Below, piece by piece: positions 24,444-37,400 of a DNA stretch of 64,000 nucleotides (position 1 is the stretch's first letter; each line of letters opens with the position of its first letter). This DNA is from Macrostomum hystrix (taxonomy: Eukaryota > Animalia > Platyhelminthes), in NCBI GenBank assembly GCA_950097015.1, contig CATNEN010000038.1:18042001-18106000 (forward strand), written 5' to 3'. The position numbers were made by a program, and so were the translations under genes. The notes beneath the pieces were generated by a model. That model was not told the origin of the DNA and ran no database searches. It saw only the letters and a program-made list of their open reading frames with translations.

Positions 24444-25309
24444 TGTTATTGCACGCGCGCCCCAGCCAGGCCTACGCACGCGACCGGCCGGTCACCCTGC
24501 TCTACAGCCAAGGCATCGGACGAACCCCGGTCTGGTGGGCCCAGCCAATAGGAAGACGGCTAGCCAATCTGATCCGACCCTACTTAAGCCCGACACCCCA
24601 GGCCGGGCCAATCAGCGGCCAGTTCGTTAACCGGCAGGGTCGACATGGCAGTGGAACGAGCGGCGCGGCCGGCACCCATGCTTTGATAGGGGCTGGGTCA
24701 GGCGTTTGACTATATAAGTGACTATTGCGTTGTGAAGGTCCCTTTATCTTCCTTTTCTTTTCCGGGTTGTTACGCCTTCTATCTGTCGTTGCATAGATAC
24801 CGGGACAGGTAAACCGGTCCAACCAGCTAGTCGAAGAAAACCCCACACTCAATCCCACGTCAGTAAGTAGCTTGCGCTGAGCTCGGCACGTCTGGCCAAC
24901 TGCTGACGAAGTGTTAGACAGGGATTGGCAAGCACGGAAGTACTCTCCATATCGCCGACAATTATCGGTGGGACGCCGTCGAATTGACATTTGGTGTGGC
25001 ACGATAGAACGAACTATCGTCGTGCCCTAGTTCGGAAGTGCTTGCTGGTCGCCTGGGTTCCAGACTAGGGACTTTGGGTTAGGTTTCGTGTTATTGGGCC
25101 TCGTTATTTGTCTTGTTTTGTTTTAGGGACTATCTAGTTTTTTGTCCAGGAGTTATTTGTGTTAATTCTTTCTTTGTTTGGAAAGAGCGCTGCCAGGGGA
25201 ACTAATTATTCATAGCCTTCTCTTATTAACGAATTAACACTTAAAATCAGCTGTTAGCCTGGACTTTTGAATCGTCTTGTCTTCGTAATTTTCGAGTTAC
25301 GGCAATAGA
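24444..25309 (+). mobile_element. Probable LTR (solo or 5' LTR remnant)
   Basis: Starts tgttattgc and ends gcaataga (imperfect inverted termini); GC-rich U3-like part with three CCAAT boxes, TATATAAG at ~24711, T-rich U5-like end. No TSD or partner LTR found. Confidence 0.45.
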
Positions 25310-26677
25310 ATCTCTCGTAAAGAGTAGGACACCCGACCTCATTTAGGAATCTCACAGCAAAGAGAGACCTAAGTCAAAAATATCACAACGGACCCATTCA
25401 AGTCCCAACCAAAAACGGACCGTGTCGGAAGTCAACCGTAGCTCTCGCCGACCAAACCAAAACTACTATCACATGCACTTTCTGGAGTGCCAGCGCTGAG
25501 TTTAGTTTAAATTGGCAGTCGGAAGCCCTCTACTGGTCAAGGGCGCCAGACTCTGATTTCGACTCACTGTCAATTCGACCCTGACATACCGGAGGCAGAG
25601 GCCCTTAGACAATGGTACACGGATCGGACGAGCTCCCAAAGATCAGGCGATAGTAGCTCGATTCTAGAGCTGCAGTCAGTTGGTACGGATCGTTACTCTG
25701 ACAGCACGGCGCAGACCTTTACAGAACGCGGCTGTCGACGAAGTAACGATTGTTATTCCTGACACAGTAAATCGAGTGCCCATTAAACGCGGAAGCTTCG
25801 AGATTCGTTTTTACTTATTTTTAGTATTCTCTACTTATACCTAACCTTCAGGTATAATCCAAATTATTACCTAAGAAAACCTGTATATACAATTCAGACT
25901 GTGCTTCAACTCGATGGTACAAGTAGCTACTCTCAGGAGCACATCGAAAGTTTCTCACAGTAAGTAGTTAGATATGCTTGCAAATGTGAATCTATAGATT
26001 CGAGTTTTTAGATCTAATCTAAATTAAATAGATTTCTTTTCTGACTAACTATTAGTTTTTCAGATGACAATTAAGAGATTCTGCATTTTTAATTAACTGA
26101 AAGCACGATAAACTAAACTATCAAAACTCCTTACTTTAGAGGGCAAGTTGGAAACTGCTTTACGCTCGTAAACAGCAACGCCTGTGATTCGAAGATATGA
26201 CTGAAGGTTGAATGAACGTTGAAGAAATTTTGAAATGCCAAAAAGCAAATACATGATAAGTGAAAGTCTTTGATAAAGTTTTTGTCAGTCAATTGACTTC
26301 TATTATTACTTTCACTGGCTGTTGCAAGCAAGCATGCATTTAAAATGAAGCAAAACGGAAAAAAAACTGCAGCTTGGCAAACTTAATGCACTTTAGCCAA
26401 ACTCTGATTTCAGTTTTGCCAAAATCGCATAGCAGCTTAGCCGTAAATTCTTAGCAGTCTCGATATAATCTTAAATAAGGCTAATCCTTCAACAAAGGGC
26501 TACTCCCTCGATAAACCAGGCTAACCCATGGTTTCATGAGGCTGAAACCTCGATAAGTTTCTGCTAATCCCTAAAAAGTCTGGCTAATCCATCGATAAAA
26601 AGATGCTGATGTCAAACAAATCTGGGTTATCCAGGGTATGCTAAGCTGGATAGTCCCGAAACAAATGAGGATAATCC

Positions 26678-27450
26678 ATCATTGTCAACTGGGGATCATT
26701 GTCAAGTGTGGGATCATTGTCAACTGGGGGATCATTGCCAACTGGGGGATCATTGTCAACTGGGGGATCATGGTCAACTGGGGGATCATTGTCAACTGGG
26801 GATCACTGTCAAGTGTGGGATCATTGTCAACTGGGGGATCATTGTCAACTGGGGGATCATGGTCAACTGGGGGATCATTGTCAACTGGGGATCACTGTCA
26901 ACTGGGGGATCATGGTCAACTGGGGGATCATTGTCAACTGGGGGATCATTGTCAACTGGGGGATCATGGTCAACTGGGGGATCATTGTCAACTGGGGATC
27001 ACTGTCAAGTGTGGGATCATTGTCAACTGGGGGATCATTGTCAACTGGGGGATCATGGTCAACTGGGGGATCATTGTCAACTGGGGATCACTGTCAACTG
27101 GGGGATCATGGTCAACTGGGGGATCATTGTCAACTGGGGGATCATTGTCAACTGGGGGATCATTGTCAACTGGGGATCACTGTCAACTGGGGGATCATGG
27201 TCAACTGGGGGATCATTGTCAACTGGGGGATCATTGTCAACTGGGGGATCATGGTCAACTGGGGGATCATTGTCAACTGGGGATCACTGTCAAGTGTGGG
27301 ATCATTGTCAACTGGGGGATCATTGTCAACTGGGGGATCATGGTCAACTGGGGGATCATTGTCAACTGGGGATCACTGTCAACTGGGGGATCATGGTCAA
27401 CTGGGGGATCATTGTCAACTGGGGGATCATTGTCAACTGGGGGATCATTG
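26678..27450. repeat. 17/18-bp minisatellite (gggggatcattgtcaact) with higher-order variant pattern
   Basis: Direct inspection; a caagtgtggg variant recurs four times. Confidence 0.95.
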
Positions 27451-28116
27451 TATCTTTAAAAAAGCTGAAAATACAGCTGCTAAGAAGTATATACTAGACA
27501 AATTTAAAATATTTCTTCTCCCCGAAGGGGGGCAAAACTTGCGATTAAATATGCTAAAGAAGTCATGATATCCCCTAAAAACATCAAATTCCATTAATAA
27601 GCCATGGTACCGTCGAACCAAATCACGTTATCCAGTGGACAAAGCATGCTATAGCCTGGAGGTGACGTGTAATCCACTCGATAAATCATGCGATTTTCAT
27701 AAAAAGTGATGTTACTGCTTAAAAAAGTTAGCAATCAATAAAACAAAAATGGTATTATATTAGTCTAAAAATCAGACGAATCCCTCAACAAACCCTCAGG
27801 CTAAACGCTCGATAAACCAGGCGTATCCCGCAAAAATTAAATTAATCACTCGGTAATTCAAACTAATCACTTAAAACCAGGGAAATCAGCAATAAATCAG
27901 GATAAAGACTTACTCATTCCTCAATCAAAAATTCTAGCATTGTTGAAGCTACAAAAGCTATTTCAGCTTTTCAAGGAAGGATTCCAACAATGTTCTCGAT
28001 TTCTTCTTCTGGTTTACAATCGACTAAATGCTAACAACTATGCTCAAAGAATTGTTTTTCTGATTTCAAACTCAAAACTATGCTAGAAAAGTGCTGTCGT
28101 TTGCTTGCTTAGGATA

Positions 28117-28424
28117 GAGATTGTAGCCTAGTGGTTAGGGCGTCGGACTCACGACTTGAAGGTCGGGGGTTTGATTCCCGACTCCACTGGAACAATTTGC
28201 GTCCTTTAGCAAGACACTTAACTCTGCATTGCTTCAGTTCACCCAGCTGTTAAATGGGTACCAGCAGTAGCTGGGATAATTGAGGGTGGGTGTGGCGTCC
28301 CCCCAGTCCGTGGACTGAACAGCTGTACGCAGCCTTCAGATGCGCCGCGCATTAGCTACGGCTGTGCTGTCGCTGCACATCTGGCCCTATTGGGGCAGGT
28401 GTAATCAATTATTAATTATTATTA
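28117..28424 (+). mobile_element. SINE family B, full-length tRNA-derived CORE-SINE-like element with 12-bp TSD
   Basis: A box tagcctagtgg, B box gtttgattcc, central gtcctttagcaagacacttaactctg...gcttcagttcacccagctgttaaatggg resembling the MIR CORE, (att)n tail; TSD ttgcttaggata at 28105-28116 and 28425-28436. Confidence 0.9.
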
Positions 28425-29384
28425 TTGCTTAGGATAAAAAACACAACAAATAATGTGTTGATGGTAAGCTAAATCAGAAAAGCTAATCAGTTATGCATGT
28501 TTTAGTTAAGGCTTATGGAAATATAAAAAACTGCTGTGTTTAATGTACTTACATTTTCCATCGATGATAGACGATTAGAAAAAGAAAGTAGCTCAGGCAA
28601 AACTGGTGCTTAAATTCGACTTGTGTTCTGCAACATGCAACACGCAACACGCGCGGGCGAGAAAATTTGAAATGAAATATAATCTGATTAGCATTTGGAC
28701 AGGGACAGTTGGATAAATGTGCACAAAGCAGTGCACACCTGCCCCAATGCACACTTTGCATTTATTTAGAAATCAAACTCAATCATTCACACAGTGCAGG
28801 CCTAGGCTAGCCTTCTCGCTATCAGCCACGGCTGAAGCATCATTTTTGGAATAGGCATTCAGTTAGCGAATAATTTAACCTTGTTTGGCTCCCATTGAAA
28901 GCATTATAAAAACTAGTTTTTCGAATATTTAATACCCTCAGCATTGAGACAGAACAAAGAAATTTTATCAGTACAATCCTTGGGTCAATTGAAATGTTTT
29001 AAAGAAAAAACGATCAAGATTGGTCAAATTGTTCAAACGGTAGAGCGCCACAACAGTATATGCATATATTGGATTCCCATACATATGTTGTTCATCCTCC
29101 CTAACTGCTCCGCCATTGTCAATGTCGACCCGCAACTCATTTGGGTTGTGGGCGTTATTGTAGCCAGAGTCCGCCTGTGTGTTACTAATGCACCAGTGAT
29201 GGCGATGCTCTCAGCCACTCGGCTGTGTCGTCCACTAGCAGGACAGAAAAAAGAGCTTTCGCCTTGTTTTGTAGCGAATAATTGTTTTGAAGATTATGTC
29301 AAAACGGAACAGGGCACCGAAAGTAAGTGCTTCACAGTCACTAAAGAAAGCAGAACAGAATAATTTTTGCACCATTTGTACACC

Positions 29385-30569
29385 ATACTAGGTCTTAGAC
29401 TTTAAGCCTCGCCCTCGCAACCTTGCCTGTCGGAAGATGAACCCCAGACAGGCCGTTTCAACAACTTTGACATTGGAATCAAGGACTGCCCACTGCAATG
29501 CGAAATCTCGCAGACAGACCCACGTCCCGTCATCCCTAGGACTCTCCGACGCGCTGTTTTTGACTCGCTGCATGCATTCGCACATCCTGGCCGCAAAGCC
29601 ACGCAACGACTCATCGTCTATCGTTTTTTTCTAGCTAGGTATGGCTAACGACATCCAAAGGTGGGTAGCCGAATGCCGACAGTGCCAGCAGTGCAAGACA
29701 GGTCGTCACGTCCAACGCCCGTTGCAACAGCTTCCAGCACCCTCGCAACGCTTCACGACGGTCCATATCGATTTAGTCGGACCACTGCCACCCCCAGAGT
29801 CGACCGACGTTAGTCCCAGACCTCGCTACTTGCTCACAATGGTCGATGCCTATTCACGTTGGATTGAAGCCGCCCCTCTCATTGACATCACCACCACTTC
29901 AGTCGCGTGCGCCTTCCTAGAATCCTGGATTTCTCGGTTCGGCCAACCATTGACGCTGGTGACCGATCAAGGAACTAGATCGAGTTCGACGTCCCCTAGA
30001 AGCACCCTACCAGGGACCCTATGCAGTGCTGGAGATACACGAAACGACATTCACATTGGAAATCAACGGCAAGCCTTCTGTGGTGTCTATCGATCGAGTG
30101 AAACCAGCTACACTCCCAGCACCGGTACCAATTAGCAAAGCACCAGCAACTACTGTAACACCGGAAAACCCACCAGCAGCAAACATGCGCGCTAAAACCG
30201 CTTCCCACGTTCGCTTTTCCACAGAACCATCCGTTAAACAGTTCTACGCAACTGAACCATTATTAACCTAACTGACAATCATCGTTTTCTAACTGTTTCA
30301 TAATGACAATCAAAACCTTTGCATAAACTCAGTTTTTTGGGTGGGGGGAGTATCTTGTAGCAGCAAGTTCACTTCTTATTTTTAACTCATAATATTTAAA
30401 CATTTAAATAATATTAAATAGCACTTTTATTTTCCCCTTACCTCTAATTTGTCTATGACCCTTGTTATCGTAAAGTACAGTCGCCCGGTTAAGACTTGAA
30501 TGTAACCCCACAACAAAACTAAATAAACAAGCACAAGCTTTTGCCGACACTTGAATTCAACTAGCAACA
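29385..30569 (+). mobile_element. Ty3/Gypsy LTR retrotransposon 3' remnant: internally deleted integrase, PPT and 3' LTR
   Basis: HHCC zinc finger (LH..AHPG...C..CQ), core VHIDLVGPLP...LTMVDAYSRW...VTDQG, a deletion at ~29973, then GPY module (PLEAPYQGPYAVL...VSIDRVKPA); PPT gggtggggggag at 30339-30350; LTR tgtag...caaca at 30356-30569 containing aataaa. Confidence 0.9.
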
Positions 30570-30885
30570 TTTGTAGCAAACTAGGTACAATGTTTCCTAA
30601 GACGGCGTCAAGAGCAGTACTATGTAGCCTAGAAAGTAAATTTTCGTAGTTTATTGCCCTTTTGCAAAAGACCGATCGAACCTAGGATCTCTAAAAGAAT
30701 ACAAAGATAATAAAATATTTAATATTTATTATCCAATATATTAAGAACGACAAACTTAACGGTTTCGTCTTCGAGTCAAAAGTGTCTCGCTCTAAAAGAA
30801 AGGGCTAAGAGTCAGGTAAGGACTGGCTAGAGAATTCAATGAAGGTTCAAAGCATCCGTCGACACTACACTCCGCTCAACTCCAT

Positions 30886-31596
30886 TCAGTACATCTTGAC
30901 GAACCGGCGCCAGGCCGGGTCCTTCTCGATGGCGTCGCCGACGCTCGAGTCCGAGTAGTCCAGCATGCGGCACAGGCCGATGTCGGTGTTGACCAGGGCA
31001 GCGCGGCACTCCCAGCGTGAGGCGCAGGCATTCAGGCAGGTGAACTCCTTCTCGATGGCAATGTCCGTGTAGCAGTAGTTCGGAGTGATTTCGCCGAGCT
31101 GCATGAAGTCCGATCGCTTGAACACGCCGCTGTTTGGTGTCTCCATCGGCTGGCACAGGACGCGCTTCGTTCCACCAGAGGTCGCGTCCATCAGTCCTGT
31201 GGTTTTAATGGCCAGGCCATCGTCGCTGCTGTTGATGTCGTCGGGACAGTCTGCCGACCAGTCATCATCGCCGAGCTCGGGAAACTCGGTGCCGTTGGTC
31301 ATGAGCCAGCCCGTTCGGTTCCCGTACCTCTCGACCAGAAAGTCAGTGCCGCCGATCCATAACAGGAATATGGACAGGTACCGTCCGGCCCGAGCTCGGG
31401 CGATGCCGAGCGCGAGCTCGCCGTTGATTCCGTGACAGAAGCGTGCGGCATTGCACCAAGTTCTCGGTGTATCGGTGAGGTTCCAGTACAGACAGAAGCC
31501 GTTGAGCATCGTGTAGGGCTTCGGACAGTCGAGTACCATCGGATGGGCCAGCGCGAGGAGTATTGTCACGAGAAAAAGGCCGGGCAGTTTTGCCAT
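30886..31596 (-). CDS. Secreted C-type lectin-like + PAN/apple protein, intronless, intact
   Basis: 236-aa ORF with signal peptide, CPKPY...C...TWCNAARFCHGINGELA...LWIGG...LMD...VLC, and PAN module CLNACASRWECRAALVNTDIGLCRML. Confidence 0.88.
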   Translation of the reverse strand: MAKLPGLFLVTILLALAHPMVLDCPKPYTMLNGFCLYWNLTDTPRTWCNAARFCHGINGELALGIARARAGRYLSIFLLWIGGTDFLVERYGNRTGWLMTNGTEFPELGDDDWSADCPDDINSSDDGLAIKTTGLMDATSGGTKRVLCQPMETPNSGVFKRSDFMQLGEITPNYCYTDIAIEKEFTCLNACASRWECRAALVNTDIGLCRMLDYSDSSVGDAIEKDPAWRRFVKMY

Positions 31597-32399
31597 TTAC
31601 TGTCCTTGACGAAATACCCGTACCTCTATGAATCACAAGGAGCCTGCTCATTTTTCAGTTCACTACCCCCTGTTATTGCCTGATAGTTAAACACGCAAAT
31701 CCGCATCAACAAAGCGTTTAACCTAGGCAACAGAAACATTATCCTGCGTAATTTGGCAGCGGATCCGCCTTGATCGATGGATGCTTCTACCAGCATAAAT
31801 TTTAGAGCAAGCGAGGCTATTGTTTCAAGCCTAAAACATAGTGCCAATCAGAAATCAGAGTCGGAGGCTGCAATGAGTCTCATTTCGGACCTTCAATTCT
31901 CAGCGCATAGCTCGTTTGAGTCTCAGGATATCTATGATGCCAAAATAATACAAGGGCCATGATTGCAGCTGGAGGTGGAAGCATTGGAAGCCGATTGTCG
32001 TATTAATATTGCTGATCATCTGTGGCGCGAATCTTTGCTGTTAATCTTCCTATGCTCAGAAAGCGTTGTTCATTTTGTGCAGCTGAAACAATAACTGCAG
32101 ATCAGACTAGATCCGGAAGCTAGGAACAGGAAACATTCCTGATATACGGGCAGCAAGCTTTGTTGTAGAAGCATCTCTATGCAAAATAGAGCCCGAGCGG
32201 TACGAGAAATACTATTCCAGCATCTTACGAGTACATAAAAAAAGATGTATATGTACGAGCGGTAATAAAATTTAGAAGGAAATTGTAGCATTTTTTCGCT
32301 TTAGTTTATGAAACAAGAAACTAAAAAATATGCTTTTCCTAAAAGTCCATTTTTAAGAAACTGCATTTTCTTTAATTGACATATCAAGAAAGTGCATTT

Positions 32400-32985
32400 C
32401 CTAAAACTACATTTTCAAAAATACTGCATTTTCTAAACTCCCTTATCAAGAAACTGCATTCCCTCAACTCCATTATCAAGAAACTGCATTCCCTCAACTC
32501 CATTATCAAGAAACTGCATTCCCTCAACTCCATTATCAAGAAACTGCATTCCCTCAACTCCCTTACCAAGAAACTGCATTCCCTCAACTCCATTATCAAG
32601 AAACTGCATTCCCTCAACTCCATTATCAAGAAACTGCATTCCCTCAACTCCATTATCAAGAAACTGCATTCCCTCAACTCCATTATCAAGAAACTGCATT
32701 CCCTCAACTCCCTTACCAAGAAACTGCATTCCCTCAACTCCATTATCAAGAAACTGCATTCCCTCAACTCCATTATCAAGAAACAGCATTCCCTCAACTC
32801 CATTATCAAGAAACTGCATTCCCTCAACTCCCTTATCAAGAAAGTACATTACCTAAACTCCCATATTAAAAAATTTCTTATCCTAAACGCCCTTTATAAA
32901 AACCTATTTTTTAAAACCCCCTTATCAAGAAAGTACATCTCCTAAAACTCCCTTATCAAGAAACTGCATTTACTAAAACTACCTT
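32400..32985. repeat. 30-bp minisatellite (aaactgcattccctcaactccattatcaag)
   Basis: Homogeneous core with degenerate edges. Confidence 0.95.
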
Positions 32986-33611
32986 AATTAGAAACATATT
33001 TATTATAATAATCTTATCAAGAAACAGCACTTAGGCGTCGCAAAATTTTTTTTATTGAAAACTACTTTCCTATACCATCATTTTTGTAATCTGTTATCTA
33101 CAGAAAGTTTATAGCAGTGTGACCACTGGGTAAATTAATTGAATAAGTTTTTCATTATCGATTTCAGCCATGATTTTACTTGAATAGCATAATATTATTG
33201 TAAAATTTGCATTGAAACAATTTTTATTCTAGCCTTTACTGTGATATAGGTAGTTAACATTTTAGATCAGAAGCAAATTCCACCGGTCCAGCAAAGAATA
33301 ACAATTTTTTAGACGAGATTTTTAGAATATTTGGGAAGATTCAGTGAAACAATCAATGGCGTTATTGAGTCTTTCAGCCAAAAAACGCAGCTGAAATGTG
33401 TGGCTTAGAAACAATTAGAGCTCATATATGCACCGCGTGACAGTGCCTGATATTAAATTCTTACATAAAATGAATAAGATAAAAATGTGACTGCTTGAAA
33501 AATGACAAAAAACTTTTTGTGAAGTTCTAAAGTGAGCTTTTAGAATCAATTTTTTGTAATGAAGTCAAAATTGTCTACCTAGCAAATATAGAATGAGAAA
33601 AAAACTAGAAT

Positions 33612-34325
33612 TTGGGATCCGAGAGATTTAGTGACTCCTTATGGGGATCTGGGAGATTAAGCGACTTCACATGGGGATCTGGAAGATTTAGTGACTCCTT
33701 ATGGGGATCTGGGAGATTAAGCGACTTCACATGGGGATCTGGAAGATTTAGTGACTCCTTATGGGGATCTGGGAGATTTAGTGACTCCTTATGGGGATCT
33801 GGGAGATTAAGCGACTTCACATGGGGATCTGGGAGATTAAGCGACTTCACATGGGGATCTGGGAGATTAAGCGACTTCACATGGGGATCTGGGAGATTTA
33901 GTGACTCCCTATGGGGATCTGGGAGATTTAGTGACTCCTTATGGGGATCTGGGAGATTAAGCGACTTCACATGGGGATCTGGGAGATTTAGTGACTTCAC
34001 ATGGGGATCTGGGAGATTTAGCGACTTCACATGGGGATCTGGGAGATTTAGTGACTCCCTATGGGGATCTGGGAGATTTAGTGACTCCTTATGGGGATCT
34101 GGGAGATTTAGTGACTCCTTATGGGGATCTGGGAGATTAAGCGACTTCACATGGGGATCTGGGAGATTTAGCGACTTCACATGGGGATCTGGGAGATTTA
34201 GTGACTCCTTATGGGGATCTGAGAGATTTAGTGACTCCTTATGGGGATCTGGGAGATTTAGTGACTCCTTATGGGGATCTGGGAGATTTAGTGACTCCCT
34301 ATGGGGATCTGGGAGATTTAGCGAC
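33612..34325. repeat. 30-bp minisatellite (atggggatctgggagatttagtgactcctt and variant) just downstream of the PFAS stop
   Basis: Direct inspection. Confidence 0.95.
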
Positions 34326-34420
34326 CGATCGTTGGAATTAGGGAATTAAAGATCTAATAAACTTGTACTTAAAAATTGTCCAGAAAGGCTCTAGTGCCTC
34401 AGCAACAATTCAAAATCAGA

Positions 34421-37400
34421 TTACTCTGTCTCGCAGCAGAACTCGTAGGCATTGACAAACATTCGCAGCCAGGGCGAAGCCAAGTTGTTGTCCTCGGCAG
34501 CACTGCTCAGCTTGGCCTGCTGGCCAGCCGGGCACTGCCAGGTCAGGATACTGCGCTCCGGATGCGGCATAACGGCCAGATGGCGGCCGCACGGACTGCA
34601 GACGGCGGCGATGCCGCGTGGCGAGCCGTTGGGATTGCTCGGGTAGGTCTCGGTCGGGTCGCCCAGGTGGTCAGCGTAGACTAGAGGCACCCGACCGGAG
34701 GCCAGTAGGCTGTCTGGCGAGGCGCACGAGAATCGGCCCTCGGCGTGGGCGCTCCAGACGCCAAGCCGACTGCCGGACATGCCTCTTAATAGCGGACAGG
34801 CTGTGGGCAGGACCCGGACTGTCGGATAGCGGGACTCGAACCTGCCGCTAAGGTTTGGCTCGAGTTTGACCGGACCTTCTGGGCCATCCAGCCAGCCGAT
34901 GCGTGCCATCAGCTGGCAGCCGTTGCAGACGCCGAGGCTAAATGTATTGGGGCGACGGCGCAGAGCGTCCAGTTGGCGCCGAACACTCGGATGGAATTGC
35001 ACCTGGGCAAAAGTGTGGGACATTGCATCGTGCCTAGTATCAAAATACACACCGTAGCCATCACGAATAAACTGTAGCCTAAAAACATTCACGATAGCCC
35101 TAACACATTCACCGTAGCCCTAACACATTCACCGTAGCCTTAAAACATTCACCGTAGCCTTAAAACATTCAGCGTAGCCCCAAAAGATTAACCGTAGCCC
35201 TAACCATTCACCGTAGCCTTAAAACATTCACCGTAGCCCAAACACATTCACCATAGCCCTAACACATTCACCGTAGCCCTAAAACATTCACCGTAGCCTT
35301 AACATATTAAAAGTAGCCCTAACAATTCACCGTAGCCCGAACACATTCACAATAGCCCGAACACATTCACGGTAGCCCGAACACATTCACCGTAGCCCTA
35401 ACACACCTGAGCAGCCCAGCCTTTAGCGGAGCCAAGCGCATCAGCGTAGCTAAAGCCGCCGACAAAGACCACTCCGCGGCAGGTGGCCAGATTGACGGTG
35501 TCGCAATCGCCGTCGCCGTCGACCTCCCCGGTGGCGGCAGTTTCCAGATCGCCAGTTGTGACATCCAGCACGCGAAAGCCGGCAGCGTAGAATGCGGCCG
35601 CCATCTCCCTGTCGCCGTTTGAGCCCTCCTCGCGCAGGATGGCAACAGTGAAGCGTCGCTCCAAGGCTAGCAGGCGATCAACGCTTGGAAACAGATAGGG
35701 CGGCGTCTCCATGGCAACGTAGGCGCAGGCGCCGGGTTCGGCTAGCTCGGTTAGCAAGTGGCGCAGCTCGGATCTGGCACAGTCGGGCTGGCACTGGACA
35801 AGCTCCAGCCGGTGCGAGCTCTGCTCCCAGGCCTCGCGAAGTTGCGGCATGCTGACACCGTCGAGCAGCTGGTATATTGATGACAATGCTAGCTGACTTA
35901 ATTTTTATCGCTAATCTAATCATGGGAACATTCCAGCCCTTGGAATAGAGTGATTTCAATCACAACGCACTCTACCTAGGACTATATTTAATGGCATCAA
36001 GGCAGAACTTCATGTCGAGACCTTCAATTCTCTGTCCATTGCGCGGGGGTGAGTGGCGGAGCGGTCTACTGCGTTTGCCTATCGCACCAAGGTCCATGAG
36101 CTCAATTCCAAGGCGAGGCCACATTCATTTTGGGCGCAGTCGCGGAGAGAAGGCTTGGGGGCTTGTCGTGCAATTTACAACCTGGAGGGCCAACCTCCAA
36201 GGAACAGTGAGGGTGTACACTGCCTGACGATGAGAGAAAGTCAGGCTAGATGTACACACCTGTTTGAGCGTATGCCTGCGTATGTGTGCGTGTGCTCAGG
36301 AGTCAGCGAAATGGGCAGAATTGCCTCCTCGCTGGCTGCAGTTCTAGTGTCACCAAATGATGTACGCTCGCAGCCCTCCTGCAATTATTTAATTCTTACT
36401 ATTATTATAACTGCTCATTCGCAGACCCTTGAGCACATTGTCAGGCAGTCTGCGCTTTCACTGTTCCTTGGTGTTTGACCCTGATGCGTGCCAAGATCCG
36501 GAAGCCTTTTCTTAAAAGAAATGATCAGATCAAACGCACCACAGTCTCCGTCCGATCATTGCCAGCTTCGAGGACGATCCGCAACGACCCGACGGCCACA
36601 GGTGTCAGGCAGCGCGGCCAGCCGATGACGCGGGCATTAGCCAGACCAGCAGCCGTTAGCCTAGTCAGGATTTCGTCAGCGGCCGACTCAGAAGAGGCCT
36701 GCAGCAGCCATCCGGGCTCCTCGGCCATCAGCCAGGCCGTCGGACACTTGACACCGTCGGGCACTCGGAGCTCCAGGCCGCAAGCGTTTCCAGCGGCTAG
36801 AGCCATCTCTATCGCCGCGACAGCCAGGCCGCCGTCGCTGATGTCGTGCCCGGCTGACAGAAGCTTCGGCGAAGTAGACGACAGCAATGATTGGACGACG
36901 GCGAAACCGGCAGCCAGAAGGCCGGCGTCCGGATTCGGACAGTCGCGGCCAAGGTTGCCGACGCTGGCAAAGTCGGCGCCGCAGCAGCGAGCGAAGGCGG
37001 ACCCGCCTAGGCGGCAGGCGCCTGCGGTGTCACTAAGCGGCACGTGAATCAGGGGGCCACCGAGCGGATCCAACACCGGCTGCAGCGTCAGCGTGATGTC
37101 CGGACAGACAGCATAGACAGACACCACTAGCTGGCCGGGGCTGCGAACCACCTGCGGGACAATGACCGAAGAATGGTTATTGTACAATCCATTCTATTCC
37201 ACCATCGATGGAGATAGACTAGCAATCCATTCTATTCCATCATCGATGGAGATAGACTAGCAATCCATTCTATTCCATCATCGATGGAGATAGACTAGCA
37301 ATCCATTCTATTCCATCATCGATGGAGATAGACTAGCAATCCATTCTATTCCATCATCGATGGAGATAGACTAGCAATCCATTCTATTCCATCATCGATG

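Noticed and set aside
26638-27568. Long repetitive ORFs in three frames (similar ones at 14k, 32k, 33.6k, 44.5k, 50.4k, 53.3k, 58.4k and 61k)
   Set aside because: Stop-free tandem-repeat artefacts, mostly inside introns of identified genes.
28117-28190. Functional tRNA gene (also 11785-11860)
   Set aside because: No complete cloverleaf; it continues into a repeated SINE body with tail and TSD.
2242-31596. DGR-style reverse-transcriptase-driven lectin diversification
   Set aside because: Paralog differences are not adenine-specific, and the only RT-related sequence is a decayed LINE fragment.
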